Of a DNA stretch of 64,000 bases, positions 19,056-27,140 are shown in pieces. Made by a program: the position numbers and the translations under genes. The stretch lies in the NCBI GenBank assembly GCA_963698465.1, contig CAVOQY010000013.1, positions 228,559 through 292,558 on the forward strand, in the 5' to 3' direction. Within the stretch, counting starts at the first letter, position 1. Each line of letters starts with the position of its first letter. The DNA is from an uncultured delta proteobacterium. GTDB lineage: Bacteria; Desulfobacterota; Desulfobacteria; Desulfobacterales; UBA2156. The notes below the pieces were generated by a model. It was not told the DNA's origin. It ran no database searches and worked only from the letters and a program-made list of their open reading frames with translations.

Positions 19056-19094
19056 AACCTCGAATTCATTAAAGTTTAAAACAGGAGAAAGGTT

Positions 19095-20096
19095 TCACCG
19101 GCGGGCAATTTCTTTCTCGATCCATGCATACGTTTGGGTCAGCCCGTCCTTAAAGGTCGTCCTGGGAGACCATTGAAGTATTTTCTTGGCTTTCGTCCAA
19201 TCCGCGGCCCTGTCTTTGTCGCCTTCCCGTTTCGTTGTGTCGTAAACGATGGGAATCGCTTTTCCGGAGATCTCCACGACGGTCTCGGCGATCTTTCTGA
19301 TGGAAGTGCTGTGATCCGGACCTATCTGGATAGGGCCTCGGCCCATCCCTTTCTCAGCCGAAAGAAGCAGCGCTTCGACGACATCCCCGACATAGACGAA
19401 AGCCCTTCTCTGCTCGCCGGATCCCCAGACGATGAATTCCTCAGAGGGATGGTTCACGGCCTTGCGGATCAGGGATGGAATGACCTGGGATCTTTCCGTG
19501 GAGAAATCGGTCTTCGGACCGTAGACGTTGTGTAAGCGCAATATCCCGACATCGATCAGGTGTTCCTCTTCAGCCAGGCAGCACTCGTATTCCCCCATCA
19601 GCTTGCTCCATCCGTAAGAGGATTCGGGATTTGCAGGGTAGGCGTCTTCTTCTTTTAAAAGCGGCAGGTTCAGCCTGTCCTGCTTTTCCTTCGGATAGCT
19701 GCAGGCCGTCCCGACATAGACATATCGTTTCACACCAGCCTCGATGGAAGCTTTAAGCATATTCGTATTGATCAAAAGGTTCGAATTGAACAGCGAAAGC
19801 TCGTTTCCAAAGACATAATTGATCCCCGCCACGACGTCCGCGAGGTGGAAGACCAGGTCTATCCCTTCGGCAGCCCTGCGGCAGTTCTCGTATCGGGTCA
19901 GGTCCGTTTCGAAGAAGGCCTCCTGTAGGTCGATAATCCCGTGCCCGTCATCGCGTTTCAGGTTTTCGATCCTTCCCCTCCACAGGTTATCGGCGACCGT
20001 GACTGTCGCGCCTTTTACTGCAAGGGATTCCACCAGGTGCGAGCCGATGAAACCGGCACCGCCCGTGACCAGTATGTGTTTGTTTTTCCAATTCAT
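19095..20096 (-). CDS. NAD-dependent epimerase/dehydratase (extended SDR)
   Basis: 333 aa; 'ILVTGGAGFIGSHLVE' and 'SSYGWSKLMGE' (YxxxK). Confidence 0.9.
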   Translation of the reverse strand: MNWKNKHILVTGGAGFIGSHLVESLAVKGATVTVADNLWRGRIENLKRDDGHGIIDLQEAFFETDLTRYENCRRAAEGIDLVFHLADVVAGINYVFGNELSLFNSNLLINTNMLKASIEAGVKRYVYVGTACSYPKEKQDRLNLPLLKEEDAYPANPESSYGWSKLMGEYECCLAEEEHLIDVGILRLHNVYGPKTDFSTERSQVIPSLIRKAVNHPSEEFIVWGSGEQRRAFVYVGDVVEALLLSAEKGMGRGPIQIGPDHSTSIRKIAETVVEISGKAIPIVYDTTKREGDKDRAADWTKAKKILQWSPRTTFKDGLTQTYAWIEKEIARR

Positions 20097-20161
20097 GATT
20101 TTATAAGTCGGTCCTCCCTACAGGATGGGTGGAGCCTTGTCAAGGATCGATGCTCCGGTCT

Positions 20162-22057
20162 TCAGCCCGCGGAGAGATATTTCTCTTTCCAGATTTCGAA
20201 CACCATCAGCGCCCAGAGTCTGTGGCTGTGATTGTGGCTCCCGTTTAGGTGTTCGGATTTCAGGCGCTCGACATAGCCGGAGTTGAAAAAACCGCCCCCT
20301 CTGATCTGCTCCGGAGAGAGCACGTCCATCATCATCGGTTTCAGCTCTTTCTGCAGCCAGTTTTTAATCGGGATGCTGAAGCCTTCCTTGCCTCTTGCCA
20401 AGATTTCCCTGGGGATGAGGTCTTTGAGAGCTTGCTTCAGGATCCATTTCGTTTTCATCCCTTTCAACTTGAAACGGCCCGGCAGGGATGCGATCAGCTC
20501 CACGAACCGGTAGTCCAGGTAAGGCGCCCTGGCCTCGAGCGACTCTGCCATGCTCATTCGATCCACTTTGACGAGGATGTCATCCACAAGGTAGGTTTTT
20601 AGATCCACGAAGAGTTGCTGATTCAGCGCGTCTTCGGGGTCATAGCGTCTTGCGTCATCGAAATAGTTGAATAGAAATCTGTACGAATCCGACCCGGACA
20701 GGGATTCCTTCAAGCCTTCGCCATAAAGAAGATCCTTTTCATTCGGCTGCAGGAACACCATCCAACGTGCGTGTCTCAGCTGTTTCGGCAGTAAGGTGCC
20801 CTCGATGAAACGCTTGGAACGGTTCACCAGTCCCTTTTTCTTTGTTGACGGGGGAAGCCTGTCGACAACATTGCCGATCACGCCCTTTCGAATGAAACCC
20901 GGTACCCGCTCGAATCCGGTAGCGATTCTATCGGCAATGTAGGTGTCGTATCCGGCAAACAGTTCGTCGCCGCCGTCTCCGGACAGAGCGACAGTCACGT
21001 ACTCCCGCGCCATCTTTGAAACCAGATAGGTCGGGAAAATGGAGAAGTCCCCCATGGGCTCGTCCATGAAGCCCAGCAACTTTTCGGTCAGGGCAACCGC
21101 ATCGGGCTTGATGATGAATTCGTGGTGATCTGTGTTGAACCGCTTTGCAACGATTCGCGTGTAGTCCAGTTCATTGTACGTAGATTCCTCAAAGCCGATT
21201 GAAAACGTTTTCACGGGCCTGTCCATGACCTGAGCCATGAGAGCGACGATAATGCTCGAATCGATTCCTCCGGAAAGAAAAGCTCCCAAAGGAACGTCGC
21301 TCATCAGCCGGATCCTGACGGCGTCCTGAAGCAGGTCCCGGATCCTTTCCTTCAATTCGGGCAAAGCAAGATCCTCGTCGTTCCTTTTCAGCGACCAGTA
21401 AGGCCGGATCCGGATGCTCCCTTTTTCCAGAACGAGAGTATGACCGGGCAGCACTTTCTTGATATCTTTAAAGATTGTCAGGGGTCCGGGGATGTACTCA
21501 AAAGTCAAAAAATGATCCAGCGCATTGAAATCGATCCGCCTGGGAACCCGGCTTGCCTGGAGGAGGGTCTTGAGTTCGGAACCCCACAGGAACTGATTGT
21601 CGTCGGCAAAATAATACAGCGGTTTCTTCCCCATCCTGTCCCGTGAAAGAACCAGGAGTTTTTTGTTCGAATCCCACAAAGCGAAGGCGAACATGCCGTT
21701 GAGAAGCCTCGAGCATTCCGCCCCGTATTCCTCGTAGGCGTGAAGGATGGATTCAACGTCCGAACGGGTGCGAAAAACGTGACCCCGATCCTCGAGGTCT
21801 CTTCGAAGCTCTTCATGGTTGTAAATCTCCCCGTTGCACACGATCCAAATCGATCCGTCCTCATTGGCAATGGGCTGATTTCCGGTCACCAGGTCGATGA
21901 TGCTCAAACGGCGCATCCCTAACCCGACGTTTCCATTAATCCAAGTCCCTTCGTCATCGGGCCCGCGATGGATCATGGCGCGGCACATTCTCTGAATCTC
22001 TTCGAGTGCCACAGGACGGTCTTTATCCGAATTGACGATGCCGCAGATTCCGCACAT
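20162..22057 (-). CDS. asnB: Asparagine synthase (glutamine-hydrolysing) family amidotransferase
   Basis: 631 aa; N-terminal 'MCGICG' nucleophile and 'SGGIDSS' PP-loop. In this context it is more likely a sugar or uronate amidotransferase than a housekeeping AsnB. Confidence 0.9.
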   Translation of the reverse strand: MCGICGIVNSDKDRPVALEEIQRMCRAMIHRGPDDEGTWINGNVGLGMRRLSIIDLVTGNQPIANEDGSIWIVCNGEIYNHEELRRDLEDRGHVFRTRSDVESILHAYEEYGAECSRLLNGMFAFALWDSNKKLLVLSRDRMGKKPLYYFADDNQFLWGSELKTLLQASRVPRRIDFNALDHFLTFEYIPGPLTIFKDIKKVLPGHTLVLEKGSIRIRPYWSLKRNDEDLALPELKERIRDLLQDAVRIRLMSDVPLGAFLSGGIDSSIIVALMAQVMDRPVKTFSIGFEESTYNELDYTRIVAKRFNTDHHEFIIKPDAVALTEKLLGFMDEPMGDFSIFPTYLVSKMAREYVTVALSGDGGDELFAGYDTYIADRIATGFERVPGFIRKGVIGNVVDRLPPSTKKKGLVNRSKRFIEGTLLPKQLRHARWMVFLQPNEKDLLYGEGLKESLSGSDSYRFLFNYFDDARRYDPEDALNQQLFVDLKTYLVDDILVKVDRMSMAESLEARAPYLDYRFVELIASLPGRFKLKGMKTKWILKQALKDLIPREILARGKEGFSIPIKNWLQKELKPMMMDVLSPEQIRGGGFFNSGYVERLKSEHLNGSHNHSHRLWALMVFEIWKEKYLSAG

Positions 22058-22062
22058 TCGCT

Positions 22063-23244
22063 TCAGGTTCCCGATCGGTTCTCGAGGGTTGCGTAGATCT
22101 TTTCCGTTTTTTGAAGGTAGCTTTCCAGGCTGTATTTGGTCTCCGCAACGCCGACGGCGTTCTTCACTATCTTTATTCTGAGAGAATCATCGCGGAGCAA
22201 CCTTATAATGCCTTCCGCAAAGGCTTGAGGGGTAGCCTCCGTCAGCACGGCGATGTCCTCATCAAGCACCTGGGTGTGGGTGGGATGCCGTGTTGCCACG
22301 ATCGGTCTTCCGGAACGCAAATACGAATAGATCTTCAACGGGGTATTGGTTCCGTGGATCCGTGGCGAAACCAGCATGTCCGACAGCTCGACAAACAGAG
22401 GGATCAGGTTCGGCCAAACTTGCCCTGTAAATACGAAATGGTCCCTCAAGCCCAGTCCCTCAGTCTGTTTGCGGTAGGATTCGATCTGTTCCGGGCTACC
22501 CCCCACGAGAATGAAAATTGCCTCGGGATGCTCCTGAAGCACGAGCCCGGCCGATTCGACAAGGAGCCCTATGCCTTGATAGGACTCGAAGGTCCCCGTA
22601 TAGAGGATCTTAATCTTACCGTCGATTCCGAATTTTTTCACCAGATCTGCAGCTGTTTCGCTGGCGGGGTCCAGCACCCAGGTATTGTCCACCACGTTTT
22701 CGATGAGCACCTGATTTTTCCCGGGTATTAATTTCTTCACGTGGTCAAGAAGCGCGGGGCAGATGGTGATTACCGCGTCGGCCTCCTTCAAGGTCTTTCT
22801 TTCAAGGCGCTCAAAAGCGCGAATGAGAAATCTGGAGGTCGTGAATTTGAAATTTTCCAGCTGCTGGGGAAGGGAGGAGTGCATGTCGTAAAGATGCTTC
22901 ACTTTGAAGATTTTCGACAATCCTGTCGAAAAGAACCCGGCTTCCTCGTGGGAGTGAATAACGTCGTACCGGTTTTTCAATAAGAGCTGGATGGTCTTCA
23001 GGAGGACGAAGAAATCAAGCACCACCTTTGTCTTGGAAGGCCCAATGTCGATGCGGCGGACAAAAGGAATCCTTGGGGTACGTACGATGGACACGTTTTT
23101 GATGGCGACATCCTCTCCGAGCGGATAAGTGACCAGATCCACCTCGTGACCCAATCTTGACAAGGCGTACAGGCGGTAAAGGACGCTGAAGGGTGTTCCT
23201 CTGGGTGAAAAAAAGGGCTGGGGCGCGATCATCAGGACCTTCAT
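22063..23244 (-). CDS. GT4 (GT-B fold) glycosyltransferase
   Basis: 393 aa; 'MKVLMIAPQPFFSPRGTPFSV' N-terminus and a C-terminal Glycos_transf_1-like region ('ILVGGSPEQ', 'SPRIHGTNTPLKIYSYLRSGRPIVAT'). Its ATG overlaps the CotH stop (ATGA). Confidence 0.85.
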   Translation of the reverse strand: MKVLMIAPQPFFSPRGTPFSVLYRLYALSRLGHEVDLVTYPLGEDVAIKNVSIVRTPRIPFVRRIDIGPSKTKVVLDFFVLLKTIQLLLKNRYDVIHSHEEAGFFSTGLSKIFKVKHLYDMHSSLPQQLENFKFTTSRFLIRAFERLERKTLKEADAVITICPALLDHVKKLIPGKNQVLIENVVDNTWVLDPASETAADLVKKFGIDGKIKILYTGTFESYQGIGLLVESAGLVLQEHPEAIFILVGGSPEQIESYRKQTEGLGLRDHFVFTGQVWPNLIPLFVELSDMLVSPRIHGTNTPLKIYSYLRSGRPIVATRHPTHTQVLDEDIAVLTEATPQAFAEGIIRLLRDDSLRIKIVKNAVGVAETKYSLESYLQKTEKIYATLENRSGT

Positions 23245-25385
23245 GTCTTCAGGCCTCTTTCCGTATCCAATGCCGCATGTACGCCATCGAAAAAAACGGC
23301 TTCGACGAAAGTTTCCGTTTGGATACCCAGGGCAAGGCTTATTCCATGACGTTTCTCCCCGTTCACAATCCAGTGGGAAAAATTTTCCTCGTTCGGGGTT
23401 TCAAGACGGATATCCACCTGCTGGCCTTCGAAATACCAGCCCTGGTATCCGGCCTTTTCGGGATAGCCGTCAATCACAAATTCAACGCCGGACGGACCCG
23501 TCACCGAACACTTCAAGCTTTTTCCCACCGGGTTCGGCTGTCCATAAAACTGTTCGAGTTCATTCCGAAGGTGGCCCGGCCTTTTTTTGAAAAATTCGCG
23601 GACTGTTTTCCCGTTGAAGTAAGGAACCTGGCCGAACATTTCGCGGGAGAGCGCTTCGTAGTGATCGACTCTGGAATCCAGCCAGGAGGCGTTGATACCG
23701 TGATTCAGCATATCGGTGAACAGGCGGAGGAAATATCGATGATATTCAGGAGATTCCGTCATCAACCGCTTGAACAGTTCCATCCGGAAGAAAGGCTGGA
23801 ATGTCAGCGGAAAACCCCGCTGCTGCCACAATTCTCCGGGAAAACCCCATCCTGGGTAGTCAATGAAGGAGACATCAAGATCCCAGAGGATCCAGGACCA
23901 TTTGGGCTTCGTTTCCCGGTGGTCGAGAAGCGCTGCCCCCTGCTCGTTGTCCCAGTTTCCCAAAAAGACCGTCGCGATAATGAAGCGGGAAAAATTTTCG
24001 ATATCGATCCACCGGTTGACTTCTTCCCAGGAGAGCTTTTCCATCTTTTTGAAGCGCTCCTCCAATCGGTCGTAGCGCTGTTGGTCTTCAACTGCGTTGT
24101 TGGTGTTGTTGAGACGTACGAACGAAAAATCCCTGTGCCTAAGGCGGTATTCCCACTGTTGTTTGTCAAGATGTTCTGCAGCAAAATAGGCGCTGTCGGA
24201 GGGCGGTTTGCCGTTGAGCAGAAAGATCACCGGCCGGATTTCCGGGGTGATGCACCCGATCTTTCTCGCGATGTCAAAAGCAAGCAGGTTGTTAAAGCCA
24301 TGGTTTGCCCTGTCGGCCTCAAGCACGATTTTCTTGACGGGCGTTTTTCCCGAATCAAAGAGCACCCCCGGAGCGGTCTCCCTGAACCCGTACTTTCTTC
24401 GAAAGCAAAGCCGGAAGCTTTCCCTCAGGTGCCGGGTGCTCGACCCCTGGAGCCTCAGGCCAGCGCTGCTCGAAAATTGCAGTGCCCCGTTTTCGAAATA
24501 CGAGACATATGCCAACCTTTCCCATCTTTGCCCCCGCTGCCACCAGTTGTGGGCGATGCCCCAATTTTCGTGATCCAAGGCGTCCTTATCGATCGCCACC
24601 GAAAGGGTCGGAACTTTTTTTAAAAGATATTCCTTTGTAACGATGGTGCTGCTGGGAAAGGCTGCGGTGCCACCGGGATTGGCGGCATAGGCGTATTCCG
24701 AAACTCCCCGTTTCCTGGGAAAAAGCGGCTCGGAGATATATCTTTTCTCGACGACGGCCGATTTTGCGGCTTCAACAGGCATTTCCAATTGAGAGTCGTC
24801 TCCAGATGTCCGCAGAAGAATGCCTTCGGGGCCGGATTCCATCTTAAGGATCCCGTTTTTCGGAGCGATCTTTTTCAGGGATTTTTCGTCTTCCATCCGG
24901 ATCGTCTCATATCCCGCCTGCTCGATTCGGATGCCCTTGAGCGTCATCTCGGAAGGTCTGTCCGAAGGATCGATCCTCAGCCATCGAATGGCGTTCAATC
25001 CGGAAAGGATGAAATAATAGATTTCCTGTTCGGGCCTGGTCAACACGATGTACGAACGCGATTCGGAATAGCTGCGGTCGTCTCCCGCCCAGTAGACCTG
25101 GATCTTTCCCTCGCCCCGGGTGTGCAGCTTAACCTGCATCAGGGCGCTTTGTTGGATTATCCTCGATGGTTCGTCTCCCGGAATGACGTGAATCACGGAC
25201 AGGTCCTTCAAGAGACTTCCCAGGGCCCCGTAATCGAAAATCCCCATCGGGACGGTCTGTTCTCTGAACCGATCCAGCATCGCGCTGAAATGGGGCGAAT
25301 GCTCCAGGACTCCTCCTGCAATGATGAAAAAAAGGAGACCGGCAAGGGTCCACAGAAAAACGGAGCGTTTACCGAGGGTTTTCAC
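23241..25385 (-). CDS. CotH-family (atypical kinase) protein with an N-terminal signal-anchor and an N-terminal beta-rich module
   Basis: 714 aa. TM segment 'VFLWTLAGLLFFIIAGGV'. CotH-like blocks 'LRLQGSSTRHLRESFRLCFRRKYG', 'NLLAFDIARKIGCITPEIRPVIFLLNG', 'FSRFIIATVFLGNWDNEQGAALLD' and 'WSWILWDLDVSF'. GTG start lies 3 nt after the upstream TGA. Confidence 0.8.
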   Translation of the reverse strand: MKTLGKRSVFLWTLAGLLFFIIAGGVLEHSPHFSAMLDRFREQTVPMGIFDYGALGSLLKDLSVIHVIPGDEPSRIIQQSALMQVKLHTRGEGKIQVYWAGDDRSYSESRSYIVLTRPEQEIYYFILSGLNAIRWLRIDPSDRPSEMTLKGIRIEQAGYETIRMEDEKSLKKIAPKNGILKMESGPEGILLRTSGDDSQLEMPVEAAKSAVVEKRYISEPLFPRKRGVSEYAYAANPGGTAAFPSSTIVTKEYLLKKVPTLSVAIDKDALDHENWGIAHNWWQRGQRWERLAYVSYFENGALQFSSSAGLRLQGSSTRHLRESFRLCFRRKYGFRETAPGVLFDSGKTPVKKIVLEADRANHGFNNLLAFDIARKIGCITPEIRPVIFLLNGKPPSDSAYFAAEHLDKQQWEYRLRHRDFSFVRLNNTNNAVEDQQRYDRLEERFKKMEKLSWEEVNRWIDIENFSRFIIATVFLGNWDNEQGAALLDHRETKPKWSWILWDLDVSFIDYPGWGFPGELWQQRGFPLTFQPFFRMELFKRLMTESPEYHRYFLRLFTDMLNHGINASWLDSRVDHYEALSREMFGQVPYFNGKTVREFFKKRPGHLRNELEQFYGQPNPVGKSLKCSVTGPSGVEFVIDGYPEKAGYQGWYFEGQQVDIRLETPNEENFSHWIVNGEKRHGISLALGIQTETFVEAVFFDGVHAALDTERGLKT

Positions 25386-25388
25386 GCC

Positions 25389-26093
25389 TCATAATTCCCC
25401 GGGGTTGCTGGAAAACAGATTCACCCTGGAATTGTTCACGATACCCTTGAGCTTCTTTTCAAGCTCCAAATAGAGATCCACATTGATCTTGGAAAGGGAG
25501 CAAGACAGAATCGTCTCCGAGTCATTCACCGTGATCCCGTCGATTTTTCCCTTCGGCAAAAGCGACCGGATCGCCGCCACGAGCTGTGGGCTTTTTGCTT
25601 CATATTCCGAAGTGGGGACCTTGATGATCAACATCCCCTTATCCGATTTTCCGGCCAGAAGGCTGCTGCTGAAGTGAATCAGACAAATGGCGGCAACCGC
25701 AACGAGAAGGATGATCGACAGAAAAAGGATATTGAAAATGGCGCAGCTGATGGATGACGCGATGATGAGCATGATAAAACCGATTTCCTCGGGTTCTTTA
25801 ACCGGGGTTCTGAACCTCACGATGGACAGTGCGCCAAGAAGGCCCAGGGAAAGGGGAAGCGAGAACTGGATGCAGATAAAGATGGCCGTGATGGAAACGG
25901 AAAGCAGCGGAAAGCTTCGATGGATCTTGCTCCCGGTGGCCCCCGCCCTTGAAAAATGAACGTAAAGAAAGGAAATAAAAAAAGCGCAAAGCAGCGATAT
26001 CAATAACACGAAAAAGAACGGAAAAAAACCGATGTCGGCCATTTTGGGATTCGAAAAACTGTTCAGCAGTTTCGACAGATCAATCTTTTCCAT
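25389..26093 (-). CDS. DUF4956-family membrane protein
   Basis: 234 aa with 4-5 TM helices; signature-like 'LGALSIVRFRTPVKEPEEIGFIM'. Confidence 0.75.
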   Translation of the reverse strand: MEKIDLSKLLNSFSNPKMADIGFFPFFFVLLISLLCAFFISFLYVHFSRAGATGSKIHRSFPLLSVSITAIFICIQFSLPLSLGLLGALSIVRFRTPVKEPEEIGFIMLIIASSISCAIFNILFLSIILLVAVAAICLIHFSSSLLAGKSDKGMLIIKVPTSEYEAKSPQLVAAIRSLLPKGKIDGITVNDSETILSCSLSKINVDLYLELEKKLKGIVNNSRVNLFSSNPGEL

Positions 26094-26150
26094 TGATTTT
26101 TCCTAATGTCGGCAGGTTTGGAGAAGAAGCCCGAAGCTCCTTGAAAGGGC

Positions 26151-26861
26151 TCAGCCTCTTTTCATCCGTTCGAAGCAGGTTTTGTACTTTGAAAACGACT
26201 CTTTCCTGCAGCCCAGGCCCAAGACCGGGGTGAGAGCCCGTGGAAGTTCGTCGAATGGCCCTTTGATCTCGAAGACTCCGTTTTCCAGAAAAAGGGATGG
26301 GGGCTGCGCAAAGAAGAGTGTATTTGCCTTCGGCGCCGAGATGTCGCAGTCCACGCAAATACGAGCGCCGGAAACCGGTTCGACAAACCGCCACCGCTTG
26401 TAGGTGATCTGGATCGTGGGGAAAAGGCTCTCCCCGAAAAGCTCCCCTTCTGCCCTTAAAAGAAGCGAAATTTCAAAAAAAGCGTCCGCGGTCAGCTCCG
26501 CCCGATCCAGGAACCATCCCGGAATTTCGCATTTTTTCTTTCTCTTTTTCCGAGCGGTGCCTGTTTTTCGCTTGACCTCGAGAAATGAAACCTCTCCATG
26601 CCCCTCGAGCTCGCTTTCAGAGTACCACCGGATCCTGTATTTCGACTTGAGGTGATCGCTGTTGACCTTTTCATTGAGCGACCGCAGGTCCACCGTATCG
26701 AAATAAATGCTGGAAACGACATTGTACGGAAAAAGAGGGTCCGGCAGGCAGCAGTATTGGACATAGCCCAAAACACTGGGAAGACGTCCATTTGAAAAGA
26801 CGTACTTCTGTTCATAGTCCAATGATTCTATGAGGCCTTTGAATAATTCCATATTCGTCAT
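26151..26861 (-). CDS. VTC-domain (polyphosphate-polymerase-like, CYTH/triphosphate-tunnel) protein
   Basis: 236 aa; 'YEQKYVF', 'SIYFDT', 'KYRIRWY', 'FLEVKRK', 'ITYKRWRF', 'RICVDCDI', 'VFEIKG', 'SKYK'. These are the alternating charged strands expected of a tunnel fold. The start codons (26861 or 26852) lie inside repeat copy B. Confidence 0.75.
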   Translation of the reverse strand: MTNMELFKGLIESLDYEQKYVFSNGRLPSVLGYVQYCCLPDPLFPYNVVSSIYFDTVDLRSLNEKVNSDHLKSKYRIRWYSESELEGHGEVSFLEVKRKTGTARKKRKKKCEIPGWFLDRAELTADAFFEISLLLRAEGELFGESLFPTIQITYKRWRFVEPVSGARICVDCDISAPKANTLFFAQPPSLFLENGVFEIKGPFDELPRALTPVLGLGCRKESFSKYKTCFERMKRG

Positions 26862-26951
26862 CCCGGCAAAAGCCGGGATCCAGTCATTTCAAATAGTTCT
26901 GGATGCCGGATCAAGCCCGGCATGACGGAAATTGCCGTTTTCAAAGGTCTC
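26820..26951 (-). repeat. REP/MITE-like double-hairpin element, copy B (inverted relative to copy A)
   Basis: ...cctttgaataattccatattcgtcatcccggcaaaagccgggatccagtcatttcaaatagttctggatgccggatcaagcccggcatgacggaaattgccgttttcaaaggtctc. Hairpin 1 is atcccggc/aaaa/gccgggat; hairpin 2 is atgccgg/atcaagc/ccggcat. Confidence 0.85.
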
Positions 26952-27038
26952 TCTGTCTTCGGTTTGCTTTCGGAATTCTTTTCCATGGGAAAGGTGCTCT
27001 CATTGCTGAAAGCGTAAAAGCCGTTGAGTCGATCATCT

Positions 27039-27069
27039 TCGTGATGCCGGATTCAATCCGGCATCACGA
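27039..27069. repeat. Solitary perfect 13-bp stem-loop related to hairpin 2 of the REP family
   Basis: tcgtgatgccgga-ttcaa-tccggcatcacga. No flanking T-tract on either strand. Confidence 0.8.
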
Positions 27070-27140
27070 ACCTATTGAAATCGCAGAATTAGCGCTGAAG
27101 TTTCACTGCGCTTCGGGATTTTACCTAACGCAAAGAGGAT

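Noticed and set aside
23193-24623. 476-aa plus-strand ORF
   Set aside because: It is entirely antisense to the CotH gene, which has clear family motifs. Its sequence is R/P/G/F-rich low complexity with no recognisable motif, which is typical of a shadow ORF in GC-rich DNA.
26151-26861. Considered calling this gene a polyphosphate kinase (ppk)
   Set aside because: It is far too short and lacks the PPK1/PPK2 architecture. The alternating charged beta-strand pattern fits a VTC/CYTH tunnel domain instead, and its activity is unproven.
18130-27069. REP hairpins as Rho-independent terminators
   Set aside because: None of the stems is followed by a T/U-tract on the transcribed (minus) strand, so a classical intrinsic terminator call is not supported. 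A stabiliser or processing role remains only a hypothesis.
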